Shown here piece by piece: positions 39,695 to 49,801 of a stretch of 64,000 nucleotides of DNA. The stretch is from contig JBFMAF010000037.1 in assembly GCA_040755995.1 (NCBI GenBank), positions 1-64,000 on the forward strand. Direction: 5' to 3'. The notes under the pieces were generated by a model. That model was not told where the DNA came from. It was given only the letters and a program-made list of their open reading frames with translations, and ran no database searches. The translations under genes and the position numbers were made by a program. Each line of letters begins with the position of its first letter. The first letter of the stretch is position 1. This DNA comes from Acidobacteriota bacterium. GTDB taxonomy: Bacteria; Acidobacteriota; CAIWXX01.

Positions 39695-40942
39695 TCATCG
39701 TCGCCCAATCTGCTTCTCGCAGATATCCAGCAGGCGAGCCGCCACATCCGCCTTGGCCTGCAGAGGCAGGTGTGATGTCTGGCCGTCGCGTTCGAGGATC
39801 CAGACCTCGTTCTGATGCGAGCCGAATCCGGCACCCGGCCGGGTCACGTCGTTCAGCACCATGATGTCGCACCTCTTCTGCTCGAGCTTCCGTCGCGCCT
39901 CGGAAAGGTCCGGCGACGTCTCGGCGCTGAACCCGACCAGCAATCTATCTCCCTTCTTGCGCCCGACCTCCTCCAGTATGTCGGCAGTGGGCTCCAGATG
40001 TATGTCAAGCCCGTGCCTAGCCGCGGACTTCTTGATCTTCGCGTCCGAAGCAGCGGCCGGCCTGAAGTCGGCGACCGCCGCGGCCTTGATGATGATCGTC
40101 GCTTCCGCGAGCCGGTCCACCACGGCGCGGTGCATCTGCTCGGCCGTTTCGACGCTGACCAGCTCGGCACCGCAAGGCGGCTCGATCTCGACCGGCCCCG
40201 AAATCAGAATCACGCGGGCTCCGCGCCGCAGCGCCTCGGCGGCGATCGCGTAGCCCATCAGCCCGCTGCTTCGATTGCTGACGTACCTCACTGGGTCGAT
40301 CGGCTCCCGCGTAGGCCCCGCCGTCACGAGCACGCACTGCGAGTCGAGCGATCTGCGCGTCTCCGGGGCGGGTGCCGCGCCCGATCTACCGAGCAGCTCA
40401 TCGCACCTGGCCGCGATCGCCTGCGGGTCAGCCAGCCGGCCCGCCCCTTCCCAACCGCACGCCAGGTAGCCCTCCTCCGGATCGATGAACTCCACACCCC
40501 GGCTCCTCAATTTCTCGATGTTGGCCTGCGTGGCAGCGTGGAGGTACATGTTCGAATTCATCGCCGGCGCGATCAGAACGGGGCAGCGCGCAGCCAGGTA
40601 GACGCACGTCAGGAAATCGTCGGCGATCCCCGCTGCGAACTTCGCTATGATGTTGGCCGTGGCAGGGGCCACGAGCAGCATCGCCATGCTGTCGGCAACG
40701 TGGATGTGCGAGATCGAGCTCTCCTCGTGCAAATCGAACGGGTCCAGCATCACCTTGCGGCGCGAGAGCGCCTGCAGGGTGAGTGGTCCTATGAACAGCG
40801 CGGCCTCCCTTGTCATGATCGGCTGCACCTCGTATCCGCGCTTCTGCAACGCCCGCAGCAGCTCGGCGCTCTTGTAGGCGCTGATCGACCCGGTCACACC
40901 CAACCCTATCAGTCTGCCCGCGTCCATGATGTCATCGCTCAT
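39695..40942 (-). CDS. coaBC: Phosphopantothenoylcysteine decarboxylase/synthetase
   Basis: GVTGSISAYK, APATAN, PAMN, VTAGPTREPIDPVRYVSNRSSG and AAVADF. Confidence 0.96.
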   Translation of the reverse strand: MSDDIMDAGRLIGLGVTGSISAYKSAELLRALQKRGYEVQPIMTREAALFIGPLTLQALSRRKVMLDPFDLHEESSISHIHVADSMAMLLVAPATANIIAKFAAGIADDFLTCVYLAARCPVLIAPAMNSNMYLHAATQANIEKLRSRGVEFIDPEEGYLACGWEGAGRLADPQAIAARCDELLGRSGAAPAPETRRSLDSQCVLVTAGPTREPIDPVRYVSNRSSGLMGYAIAAEALRRGARVILISGPVEIEPPCGAELVSVETAEQMHRAVVDRLAEATIIIKAAAVADFRPAAASDAKIKKSAARHGLDIHLEPTADILEEVGRKKGDRLLVGFSAETSPDLSEARRKLEQKRCDIMVLNDVTRPGAGFGSHQNEVWILERDGQTSHLPLQAKADVAARLLDICEKQIGRR

Positions 40943-40946
40943 CTGG

Positions 40947-40978
40947 TCTGACAACTGTCAACTGACAACTGCCAACTA
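40947..40978. repeat. Heptamer (CAACTGW) tract starting at the rpoZ stop codon
   Basis: ctgacaactgtcaactgacaactgccaacta fills the rpoZ-coaBC spacer. Confidence 0.8.
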
Positions 40979-41212
40979 GCTCTCGCTCTTCCGGCGGCTT
41001 CTGCTCTTGGGCTTCGGCGCGCTCTCCGTAGTCGGCTCGCTGTACTTTATGAGCCCCTTCTCGACCTCGCGGATGGCGACTCTGGTCCACTTGGTCGTAG
41101 GGGCCTGGATCTTTGGGCGCGCGCCGCGCTGGAGCTGAACGGCCCGGCGGGCCGCAATCACGACAAACTTGAACCGGCTGTTGATGTGCCTTGGTATACC
41201 GATCAATGGCAT
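40976..41212 (-). CDS. rpoZ: RNA polymerase omega subunit
   Basis: SRFKFVVIAARRAVQL..G...VAIREV; lies between gmk and coaBC. Confidence 0.92.
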   Translation of the reverse strand: MPLIGIPRHINSRFKFVVIAARRAVQLQRGARPKIQAPTTKWTRVAIREVEKGLIKYSEPTTESAPKPKSRSRRKSES

Positions 41213-41217
41213 CCTCC

Positions 41218-41853
41218 TTAGGATCCTGATTTTTCTACAAATGTAGCAATTATCCTGTCCATCACGTCCTTGCGGCGGCGGGTCGTCGCGCGCTCGGCGA
41301 GGACGATGGCAGAGAGCTCGTCGGCGGTCTGATCGACGCTGTCGTTCACCACCACGTAGCGGAAGTCCCCGCCATGCTGAACCTCGCGACGGGCCCGCTG
41401 CAGACGCCGGCGGATCGACTCCTCGCTCTCCGTGGCGCGGGTCACCAGCCGGCGCTTGAGCTCGTCGAAGGACGGTGGCAGCAGGAAGATAGTGACTGCG
41501 CCGGGCCGTCTCTTCATCACCTGGCTCGCGCCCTGCACGTCTATGTCAAGGAGCACGTCGCGCCCGGCCGCGACCAGCTCGTCCACGAAGACGGCGGACG
41601 TTCCGTAGTGATGTCCGTGGACGTGGGCCCATTCCAGGAACCTGCCTTCCTGGACCATCTGCTGGAACTGTCCGTCATCTACAAAGAAGTAGTCAACCCC
41701 GTCCCGCTCGTTAGGTCTGGGGGCGCGTGTCGTGTGCGAGACCGAGAAAACCAGGCCGCCGACGCGATCGAGCAGTCTCGTGACCACCGTCGACTTGCCC
41801 GTACCGGACGGCGCGGTCAGGACGACCAGGTTCCCCGAGCTCGCCACGCTCAC
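41218..41853 (-). CDS. gmk: Guanylate kinase
   Basis: APSGTGKST, SVSHTTRAPR, DGVDYFF and LDIDVQG. Confidence 0.96.
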   Translation of the reverse strand: MSVASSGNLVVLTAPSGTGKSTVVTRLLDRVGGLVFSVSHTTRAPRPNERDGVDYFFVDDGQFQQMVQEGRFLEWAHVHGHHYGTSAVFVDELVAAGRDVLLDIDVQGASQVMKRRPGAVTIFLLPPSFDELKRRLVTRATESEESIRRRLQRARREVQHGGDFRYVVVNDSVDQTADELSAIVLAERATTRRRKDVMDRIIATFVEKSGS

Positions 41854-42116
41854 AGCGGTTTCTCATCCTCGGGCATCATCCGGCTGATGAGCGTCTGGGA
41901 GAGGATCGACGATAGCACGAGGTGATCCGAGTCCGTGATGATCACGGATCTGGTCTGGCGGCCGGCGGTCGCATCGATCAGCTTGCCCCGGTTCTTGGCC
42001 TCGTCCTTCAGCCGTCGCACGGGTGCCGAATTCGGGGCCACGATTGCGACGATTCGCGAAGACATGACCGCGTTCCCGTAGCCCACGTTGATCAGTCGGT
42101 CAACCTGCTTCTTCAT
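41850..42116 (-). CDS. DUF370/RemA family protein
   Basis: LINVGYGN...SAPVRRL...LIDATAGRQTRSVIITDSDH. Confidence 0.92.
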   Translation of the reverse strand: MKKQVDRLINVGYGNAVMSSRIVAIVAPNSAPVRRLKDEAKNRGKLIDATAGRQTRSVIITDSDHLVLSSILSQTLISRMMPEDEKPL

Positions 42117-42244
42117 GCCGACAACCTCCCGCGAAAACTTCCTATTCTACTGCAATACTCTTGAGATGACGAGACCTCATGATCCCTGCAATCCGGCGGC
42201 ATCGTTTGTGCAGTCGTGAACGTGGGCAACCGCGTCTCCGCGTC

Positions 42245-43111
42245 TCATTCCAGGTTCGCCGACTGCTGCTTGAGTTTCTCGACCAGAACCTTGACATCCA
42301 CGACCCGGGCGCTGATACGTACGTCCTGCGCCTTGCTTCCGACCGTGTTCACCTCGCGCTGGATCTCCTGCAGCAGGAACTCGATGCGCCTCCCGATGGC
42401 CTGCTCGGGGGTCGCCGACATCACGTCTTTCAAAGCCGCCAGGTGGCACTTCAGACGATCGAGCTCCTCTGTGATGTCCGATCGTTGCGCGACGTAGGCC
42501 ACCTCCTCCAGCAGCCGCTCCTCGCCCACGGGCTCGCCTTCGAGCAGCGCCGCGATGCGGCGCCTGAGCTTCTCGCTGAGCTCGCCCGTCCGCCCCTGGT
42601 CGAGCGTCGCGATCTCGGCCAGCGCGGCCTCGATCGTGTCGAGAATCGAGGTCATGTCGCGGACGAGCGACCCGGCCTCGGTCTTGCGGCTGCTTTCCCA
42701 GGCGGACACCGCCTGCTGCACGCACGCCATGACGGCGGCCCTGTCCTCGGGCGCGAGGGGCTCATCCTGCCCCTCCGGCTCGATGATGCCGGCGCGGACG
42801 AGCCCTTCCAGCGTGACACCGGCGGCGGTCTCCGAGAGCACGGGCTGTAGAGCCTGGTACGCGTCGCGGTGGAACCGCAGATTCGTAGCGGGGGCCGGGC
42901 TGCGTCGCACCTTGACGTTGACGTCGACGGCTCCGCGCACGGCCCGCTCCTGCAGCAGCCGCCTGATCTGGATCTCGAGCTCGTCGTCCAGCGGGTCCAG
43001 GCGGACTGAGATCTGAAGGTAACGGCCGTTGATGCTCTTCACGCGCGAGACACAGGCGATCGTCCCCGTGGCGGCCTCCGCCTGTCCGAATCCGGTCATG
43101 CTGCAAGGCAC
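42245..43111 (-). CDS. yicC: YicC/YloC family endoribonuclease
   Basis: SMTGFG, KSINGRYL, DITEELDRL and GRRIEFLLQEIQREVNTVGSK. Confidence 0.93.
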   Translation of the reverse strand: MPCSMTGFGQAEAATGTIACVSRVKSINGRYLQISVRLDPLDDELEIQIRRLLQERAVRGAVDVNVKVRRSPAPATNLRFHRDAYQALQPVLSETAAGVTLEGLVRAGIIEPEGQDEPLAPEDRAAVMACVQQAVSAWESSRKTEAGSLVRDMTSILDTIEAALAEIATLDQGRTGELSEKLRRRIAALLEGEPVGEERLLEEVAYVAQRSDITEELDRLKCHLAALKDVMSATPEQAIGRRIEFLLQEIQREVNTVGSKAQDVRISARVVDVKVLVEKLKQQSANLE

Positions 43112-43125
43112 AGTGCTGCCCTCTC

Positions 43126-45108
43126 TCAGGATCCGACGGGAGCATGCCGGTGCGGATTGCCCCCCTGGCTCGCTCGAATGCCCGCGGTCGGATGCCGGGT
43201 CCACAGATATGTATCTCTCGCGCTGTCGGCGTCCAGGGTGGTATCGTCGAACTGGAGGTCGTAGAGCTTGGAGTAGATGCCGTTGCGGTCCAGCAGCTCG
43301 TCGTGCGTACCGCGCTCCTTGATCTCGCCGTCCTCGAGCACGATGATGGTGGCGGCCCTCCGCACGGTGGCAAGGCGGTGAGCGATGACGAGTGTGGTTC
43401 GATTGGCCATCAGGTTGGCGAGAGCGCGCTGCACCATCAGCTCGCTCTCGGAGTCGAGCGCGGAGGTGGCCTCGTCCAGGATCAGGATCGGCGGGTTTTT
43501 CAGGAGAACGCGAGCGATGGCGATGCGCTGTCTCTGCCCGGCGCTGATCGTCTGCCCTTTCTCCCCGATCATCGTGTCGTAGCCGTTGGCCATGGCCTGG
43601 ATGAAATCGTGCGCGTGCGCCGCCTGCGCCGCCTCCTCGATCGCGGCCCGGCTGATGTTCTTCAGACCGTAGGCGATGTTGTTGGCCACCGTGTCGTGAA
43701 AAAGTATCGTCTCTTGGGTCACGACGCCGATCTGGGAGCGCAGCGAGCGGAGCTTGACGCGCCGCACGTCGACGTCGTCGATAGTGACGCTGCCCGAGGT
43801 CACGTCGTAGAAGCGCGGCAGCAGGCTCACGAGTGTCGTCTTGCCGGCGCCGCTCATGCCCACAATCGCCAGCACCTCGCCGCGCTTCACCTCGAAGTCC
43901 ACCTCGCGCAGCACCGGCTGGTGGTCGTATGCGAAGCTCACGCGGCTGAATCGGACGGTGCCGCTGATCCTCCCGAGCTCGATCGAGTCGCTGGCCTCGG
44001 GGATTTCCATGTGCGTATCGAGGACCTCGAAGACGCGCGCCGCGGCGGCGAGCGCCGCCTGGATCGTGGCGTTGAGACGGCTCAGGCGCTTGAGGGGGGC
44101 GTACAGCAGCAGGAGCGCGGTGAGGAAAGATGAGAACTGCCCGACGCTCATCGCCCCGCTCTGAATCTGGTGGTTACCGTAGAAGATGATGAGGCACCCG
44201 GCGAGTGCGCCGAGGAACTCCATCATGGGCGACGACATGGCGACCAGCCGCGTGATGCGCAGGTTGGTGTGGAAAAGCCTGTCGGTGGCGCGCGTGAACT
44301 TCTCGCGCTCGAAGTCCTCCATCGCGAACGCCTTCACGACGCGATGCCCGGTGATCGCCTCAGTGAGCAAGTGCCCGATATCGGCCAGCCGCTGCTGCGA
44401 CCGCATCGAGCCTCCTCGCAGCTTCTTTCCGAAATTGACCAGCGGGTAGAGCGCAAACGGCACCAGTGTCGTGGCGATCAGAGCCAGCTTCCAGTCCCAG
44501 AAGAACAGGACCGATACCAGCGCGACGAGCGTCAGCCCCTCTCGGATCAGGTCGCCGACAACCTCCGAGGCTACCAGCTGGATCTTTTCCACATCGTTGG
44601 TGACGCGGCTGATCAGCCGGCCGCTCTGTTGCCGCACGAAGAAGTCGGTCGACTGGTTGAGGATGTGGGAGAAAAGGTCGTTCCTGAGGGCGAAGATCAC
44701 GCGCTGCCCCAGCGAGATCATGAAGAAGGTGGCCAGGTAGGTGAACACGCACTTGAAGAAGAAAATCGTGGCCAGCAGCAGGAGGACGGGTGCGGAAGCG
44801 CTTCCCTGCCCGACTCCCGACTTCGAGAAAAGCGCCAGCGCCCTCGATATGAACGCCGGCACGGCGTAGGACGCCGAATCCTTGGACTGGATCAGGACGT
44901 CGTCCATCAGCGGCTTCACCATCAGCGTGAAGGCGGACGTGAAAATCGCCACCATCGTCATCGAGAAGAGAGCGAGCAGCAGGATCGCCGCGTGCGGCTT
45001 GAGCATCCGCGCCAGGCGCATCGCGTCTCTCCAGGCTCGAGCCGGCACATCCCTGCCGCCGGCCTCGGGGCGGTCCGGGGAAATGACTGCGCCTTGCATC
45101 GGTCCCAT
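43126..45108 (-). CDS. msbA: MsbA-like ABC transporter (TMD + NBD)
   Basis: GMSGAGKTT, ISAGQRQR and ILDEATSALD after 6 TM segments; start uncertain. Confidence 0.85.
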   Translation of the reverse strand: MGPMQGAVISPDRPEAGGRDVPARAWRDAMRLARMLKPHAAILLLALFSMTMVAIFTSAFTLMVKPLMDDVLIQSKDSASYAVPAFISRALALFSKSGVGQGSASAPVLLLLATIFFFKCVFTYLATFFMISLGQRVIFALRNDLFSHILNQSTDFFVRQQSGRLISRVTNDVEKIQLVASEVVGDLIREGLTLVALVSVLFFWDWKLALIATTLVPFALYPLVNFGKKLRGGSMRSQQRLADIGHLLTEAITGHRVVKAFAMEDFEREKFTRATDRLFHTNLRITRLVAMSSPMMEFLGALAGCLIIFYGNHQIQSGAMSVGQFSSFLTALLLLYAPLKRLSRLNATIQAALAAAARVFEVLDTHMEIPEASDSIELGRISGTVRFSRVSFAYDHQPVLREVDFEVKRGEVLAIVGMSGAGKTTLVSLLPRFYDVTSGSVTIDDVDVRRVKLRSLRSQIGVVTQETILFHDTVANNIAYGLKNISRAAIEEAAQAAHAHDFIQAMANGYDTMIGEKGQTISAGQRQRIAIARVLLKNPPILILDEATSALDSESELMVQRALANLMANRTTLVIAHRLATVRRAATIIVLEDGEIKERGTHDELLDRNGIYSKLYDLQFDDTTLDADSARDTYLWTRHPTAGIRASQGGNPHRHAPVGS

Positions 45109-45124
45109 CAGTGCGGATCCCGAG

Positions 45125-45919
45125 TCAGTGACCCGCCTCCGCTTCATCACGGAGCTGCCGCTCTCGCAGCTCTGCCGGGTGCGTCTTCCGCGTCAGGGCG
45201 TGATAGAGGCGGCTGGCGGGGCCGGACATGGCGTAGGAGGCCGCAGAGAGCAACAGTGTATAGCGGGGCTGAAGGATCATCGCCGCGAAGAAGAGCGCGA
45301 AGAAGAAGACCATAAGCACGGATTTTCGGCTTCGCAAGTCGACGTCCTTGAAGCTGCGGTACCGCAGCTTGCTGATCATGAGCAGGCCCAGCAGGAGCAC
45401 CGTCAGGCTCAACAGGACGCACATTCTGAGGTCCGTGACGCGCTGCGGGCTGACGAGCACGATGGAGGCCGCGGCACCGGCGGCCGCCGGTATAGGGAGA
45501 CCGACGAAGTACCGCTTGTCGGTGTGGGCGATCTGCACATTGAATCGGGCCAGACGGATCGCCCCGCAAATGACGAAGAGAAAGCCTGCGGCCGCGCCGA
45601 GACGCTGGAGCTGCAGGGGTTTCTGGAACGAGAATGCCCAGGTGTAGACCAGGATGGCCGGTGCTACCCCGAAAGAGATGATATCGGCCAGCGAGTCGAG
45701 CTCCTTGCCGAATTCCGAGCTCATCCCGGTCATACGTGCTATGCGTCCGTCGAGGATATCGGCGAGGCCTGCCACGAAGATGCAGACGACCGCGAGGGTG
45801 AAGTTCCGCCTCATTGCCAAGATCACTGCGAAGTAGCCGCAGAAGATGTTGGCGGTCGTGAAGAGGCTGGGCAAGATCGGTATGCCGCGCCGCAAGCCTA
45901 GCTTCCGTTGTTCCACCAT
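45125..45919 (-). CDS. pssA: CDP-diacylglycerol-serine O-phosphatidyltransferase
   Basis: DILDGRIAR....SEFGKELDSLADIISFGVAP, RLARFN and FVGLPIP. Confidence 0.95.
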   Translation of the reverse strand: MVEQRKLGLRRGIPILPSLFTTANIFCGYFAVILAMRRNFTLAVVCIFVAGLADILDGRIARMTGMSSEFGKELDSLADIISFGVAPAILVYTWAFSFQKPLQLQRLGAAAGFLFVICGAIRLARFNVQIAHTDKRYFVGLPIPAAAGAAASIVLVSPQRVTDLRMCVLLSLTVLLLGLLMISKLRYRSFKDVDLRSRKSVLMVFFFALFFAAMILQPRYTLLLSAASYAMSGPASRLYHALTRKTHPAELRERQLRDEAEAGH

Positions 45920-46533
45920 TACACCTTCGCGATCACGGTCTCTCCGGCTCGCACGCGATCTTGGAGCTTCACCTGCGGAACCATACCCGACGGCAAGTAC
46001 AGATCGACCCGCGAGCCGAACATTATCATGCCCACTTTCTCTCCGCGTGCGACCTCGTCCAGGGGCTTCTTCCAGCAGACGATCCGCCGGGCAAGCCACC
46101 CGGCGACCTGCGTAAACGCGATCTTCCCGTGGTGCGTAGCCAGGACGAACGTGTTCCGCTCGTTCTGGTGCGGGGCGGTCTCGTCGAACGCCGCCTTGAA
46201 ACGCCCCCGGGCGTATTCGATCCGCTCGATTGTGCCCGCGGCCGGAGCGCGGTTGACGTGCACGTCCAGCGGACTCATGAACACGCTGATCCTCGTGGCC
46301 GATACCCCAAGCGGCGATGGGCCGACCGTCTCTATCGAAATGACCTTGCCGTCAGCCGGCGAGACCAGCAACTCCTCGCCTGGAGGCGGCGTGCGATCCG
46401 GGTCCCTGAAGAAGTAGATGATGAACAGGAGGGGCACGATGAACAGCGCCGACACTATCCCATACCCCGCGGCAAAGAAAAACACCGCCATGCTGATGCA
46501 TACCGTGAGGTATGCAATACCCTCGCGGGCCAT
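45919..46533 (-). CDS. psd: Phosphatidylserine decarboxylase (short form)
   Basis: FFRDPDR, SPADGK, VHVNRAP and the FGSRVD cleavage motif. Confidence 0.95.
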   Translation of the reverse strand: MAREGIAYLTVCISMAVFFFAAGYGIVSALFIVPLLFIIYFFRDPDRTPPPGEELLVSPADGKVISIETVGPSPLGVSATRISVFMSPLDVHVNRAPAAGTIERIEYARGRFKAAFDETAPHQNERNTFVLATHHGKIAFTQVAGWLARRIVCWKKPLDEVARGEKVGMIMFGSRVDLYLPSGMVPQVKLQDRVRAGETVIAKV

Positions 46534-46568
46534 CACCTCTGCGTCCGATCTCCCGTGAAATGAACCGA

Positions 46569-46805
46569 TTACGCCTTATGCTCGGCAAGCTCTCCCTTAT
46601 ACCTGTTCAAGATCCCTTGCATCTTATCTTTCAACTGCAGCTTCTGCTTCTTGAGCAGCGCCTTCTCCATCTTCTCGGCCTCCGTAAGGTAGAAGCGGTG
46701 CTCCAGTTTCTCCAGTTTCTCTTCACATCCCCTGTGCCTCGTTGCCAGGTGCCGATACTCCTCGTCGACCTTGACGACGTGGTCACGGAGCTGCTGATTC
46801 TCCAT
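46569..46805 (-). CDS. DUF465/YdcH-like coiled-coil protein
   Basis: H...E..L.....LKKQKLQLKDKM pattern; GGAGG RBS. Confidence 0.8.
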   Translation of the reverse strand: MENQQLRDHVVKVDEEYRHLATRHRGCEEKLEKLEHRFYLTEAEKMEKALLKKQKLQLKDKMQGILNRYKGELAEHKA

Positions 46806-46994
46806 CCTTCGGCCTCCTTGTGTTTGGAATGAAGAAAACACATGATCCTTTTACCATAATACTACCCGGCATTCAACGGTTTTCAACCCGCCCGGCGGCA
46901 AGGTGCAGGGTCTACGGTGCACAAGGGGCCGAAGCGGAGAGGCAACGGACTCCTCATACGGAGCACCCGGGGCTGTCTGCCGCCCGATGGGCGG

Positions 46995-49229
46995 CTACTG
47001 GATGTAGCCGAGCCCCCGGAGGACGGATTCGGTCTCGCGGTCGAGTGTCGCAGGAGCTGGCTTCTCCAACGCCGCCTTCCGGAGCGACTGTCTGTCGGTC
47101 CACTCTCGCAGGGCGCTCTCCATGAAGTGGAAGGTGATCGGGTGCTGCACGGAGAGGTCGCGGGTCTCGCCAGGATCACGCACGAGGTCAAACAGCTTGT
47201 ACTCGGCGCGATCCTCCTGATACTCCGCCAGAAGCTTGAACCCGTTAAATACCATTGCGGCAAGGGGGCGTGGGCCGAGCACGAGCTCGCTGAAGGCCGG
47301 TTGCGGATCCGGCGGCGTGCCGTCGAGCTCCTCGAGCAGGCTCCGCCCCTGGACGCCCGGAGGCAGGTCGTAGCCGAGCACGTCCGCAATCGTCGGGAGG
47401 ATGTCGATGTGGCGCACCGCCGCGCCGACCCTCTGCCCGCCGTGAACGGCTCCAGGCAGTCTCACTATCAACGGAACGCGAAGCTCCGGCTGGTAGAGCG
47501 TCTTGCCATGACCCCACTTGTCGTGCTCTCCGAACGACTCCCCGTGGTCGGCGGTGAAAAAGATCAGGGCGTGATCATAGAGACCTCTCTGCTTGAGCAT
47601 GTCGAGGAAGCGCCCGAAGTAGCAGTCGCTGTGGCGGACCTCGCGGTCATAGAGCGCATGGAAGCAACTGAGCAGCTCTCCCGCGGTCCCCGGCGCTTCG
47701 TCCCCGCGCCACTGGCGAGCCGAAACCTTCGCCTCGGCTTCCGGAGTACACCCGGGAAGCCCCGAGTAGTCGCCGGGGCCGGGCAGGTGGGGCGCGTGCG
47801 GGTCCGTGGCGTGCACGTAGATGAAGAGCGGCTTGCCGCGGCGAATCGCCGGGTGCGAGCTGATCACGCCGAATAGCCCGCTCGATGGAACGTGTACGGC
47901 GGGCGAGCTGGCGTCCTCGCGGAGCTGAACGTACTCGTCGAAGGGTTGCGCGAATCCAAAGCTCTTGGAGATGTTCCCGTTGGTCACGAAGGCGTACGCG
48001 GCAAAGCCGTGTTCCTTGAGCAAGGCCGGAAGCATGGGGACGGAAGCGGGCAGGGCGTCGAGACGGCCCTCCACCAGGTGCGACGACGCGTAGAGACCGG
48101 TCATGATACTGGCCACCGACGCACGCGTCCATGCCGACTGAGCGTAGGCGTGCGTGAAGACGACCGCATCGCGCGCGAACTCGGCCAGGCGCGGAGACGT
48201 GGGCCGGCCGTAGCCGTAGGGCTCGAGCCGGTCCGCTCTGAGCGCATCGACCAGGTAGATTACAACCGGCCCGGTGGCAATTCCCGGCTGCTTCGGCTCC
48301 GCCGTCCGGCGGCCCGTCTCCGGGACGACAATGCGAGCGCTCCAGTAGACGGACGCGGGAAGCTGCCTGCCATGGAGCTGCTCCGATCGCATCGAGACGC
48401 GAATGGTTCTGCCTGCATACTCGTCGAGGCGCGCGGCTCCGGCGTACCGAGATGACTTCAGGAACCCCAGACCGAGGTCCCGCGTTGACAGCTCTCGCGC
48501 ATGCCCCGAGTCGTCCTCGACAGTGACCGTGCAGCGTACCGCGGCCCCCCTCGCCGAGCCCTCCTTCTGGATTCCGGCTTCGAAGGCCAGACCTGCATCT
48601 CTCGGCACGTAGGTATACGCAGAGAGCCGGCTGCGAGGAGGCGCCAGGTGCAATGGCTGGTTCGACGAGGAGCTCGCAGGGGCACTCGCGAGCCCGCCGG
48701 GCCGCCCCGACGCGCCTCTGAAGTTCCATCCCTGTGGACCGACTGCTATGTAATCCACCATGATTCCGGCTGTCCGCGTGCCGTTCTTGAGGAACAGCAG
48801 GTTCTCTCCCTCGCTCAGAAACGACTTCTTCACCCTGAACGTGGCGTTGGTCCATTCGGTGCCGACCTGCACCTCGGCAAGTCTGTGGCCGTTGAGCACC
48901 GGGACAAGCGTCTGGACCTCGTCCGACCGGCATCTGAGCTTGACCTCGGATTCCGCCGGTTCGAGCATCAGGAAGGAGATCAGTCCACCTCGGGACGAGG
49001 TTGAGGCTGCGCTGGCGCCTCCTTCGATTCTCTCGTCCGGAGACCACTCGCCCCGCAGGGCACCTCGGGCCCCCGTTTCGCCGACGTCTATGCGTACGCG
49101 ATCGGCTGCGACCTCGACGAAATACGGGTCGGCCAGGATGTCCCGGCTCGTAGTGGGCCCGGTCCCGCCGCATGCGGAGCAGGCGGCCATTGCCGCGACA
49201 GACAGCAACAAGAGCCTTCGTGCCAGCAC
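46995..49229 (-). CDS. Sulfatase-like lipoprotein
   Basis: VDALRADRL, TADHGE, DILPTI and the C-terminal LRGLGYI; the site reads SAWTRAS. Confidence 0.85.
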   Translation of the reverse strand: MLARRLLLLSVAAMAACSACGGTGPTTSRDILADPYFVEVAADRVRIDVGETGARGALRGEWSPDERIEGGASAASTSSRGGLISFLMLEPAESEVKLRCRSDEVQTLVPVLNGHRLAEVQVGTEWTNATFRVKKSFLSEGENLLFLKNGTRTAGIMVDYIAVGPQGWNFRGASGRPGGLASAPASSSSNQPLHLAPPRSRLSAYTYVPRDAGLAFEAGIQKEGSARGAAVRCTVTVEDDSGHARELSTRDLGLGFLKSSRYAGAARLDEYAGRTIRVSMRSEQLHGRQLPASVYWSARIVVPETGRRTAEPKQPGIATGPVVIYLVDALRADRLEPYGYGRPTSPRLAEFARDAVVFTHAYAQSAWTRASVASIMTGLYASSHLVEGRLDALPASVPMLPALLKEHGFAAYAFVTNGNISKSFGFAQPFDEYVQLREDASSPAVHVPSSGLFGVISSHPAIRRGKPLFIYVHATDPHAPHLPGPGDYSGLPGCTPEAEAKVSARQWRGDEAPGTAGELLSCFHALYDREVRHSDCYFGRFLDMLKQRGLYDHALIFFTADHGESFGEHDKWGHGKTLYQPELRVPLIVRLPGAVHGGQRVGAAVRHIDILPTIADVLGYDLPPGVQGRSLLEELDGTPPDPQPAFSELVLGPRPLAAMVFNGFKLLAEYQEDRAEYKLFDLVRDPGETRDLSVQHPITFHFMESALREWTDRQSLRKAALEKPAPATLDRETESVLRGLGYIQ

Positions 49230-49282
49230 GCGCCTGAGTATAGTTCAGCGCGCCGGGAATCGGAAGCCAGACCGGGCACGCA

Positions 49283-49738
49283 CTACTCGATGGTGCCTGA
49301 CGGCCCGATCTCCCGGGACATGATGATCGCGTCGTCGCGCGGGCTGTCGTAGAAGCCCGCCCGAAGCCCCGTTTCCACGAAGCCGTGCTTCCGGTAGAGC
49401 GATCGTGCGGCGTCGTTCGCGCCTCTGACTTCGAGAGTGGCCATCCCGGCTCCCGACGCGATGCCGAACTGGAGGGCGAAGCGGAGCAGGGCGGAGCCGA
49501 GCCCGCGCCGGCGGTGTCCGGGAATGACCGCCAGGTTGTTGATGTGCAGCTCCGGCGGGATCAGCCACGTGGCGAGGTAGGCAATGATCGTGCCATCCGA
49601 CTCCTCGACAACCCACAGTCGGCTCGCCGGACTGCTCGTTACCTCATACTCGAATGACCTCGCCGGCCACGGATTGGGGTACGACCGGACCTCGATCGCG
49701 TGAACTGCGGCAACGTCGGCCAGCATCATCGGTCGCAA
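49283..49738 (-). CDS. rimI: Ribosomal-protein-alanine N-acetyltransferase
   Basis: ELHINNLAV...RRRGLG, LEVR..N..A..LY and DAIIM; next to tsaB. Confidence 0.9.
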   Translation of the reverse strand: MRPMMLADVAAVHAIEVRSYPNPWPARSFEYEVTSSPASRLWVVEESDGTIIAYLATWLIPPELHINNLAVIPGHRRRGLGSALLRFALQFGIASGAGMATLEVRGANDAARSLYRKHGFVETGLRAGFYDSPRDDAIIMSREIGPSGTIE

Positions 49739-49801
49739 GTAGACACCGAAGCCGGGGAGTCGGCTAGGGGATGAATCGGATGAGTTCTCGGTGCTCAGCT
49801 C

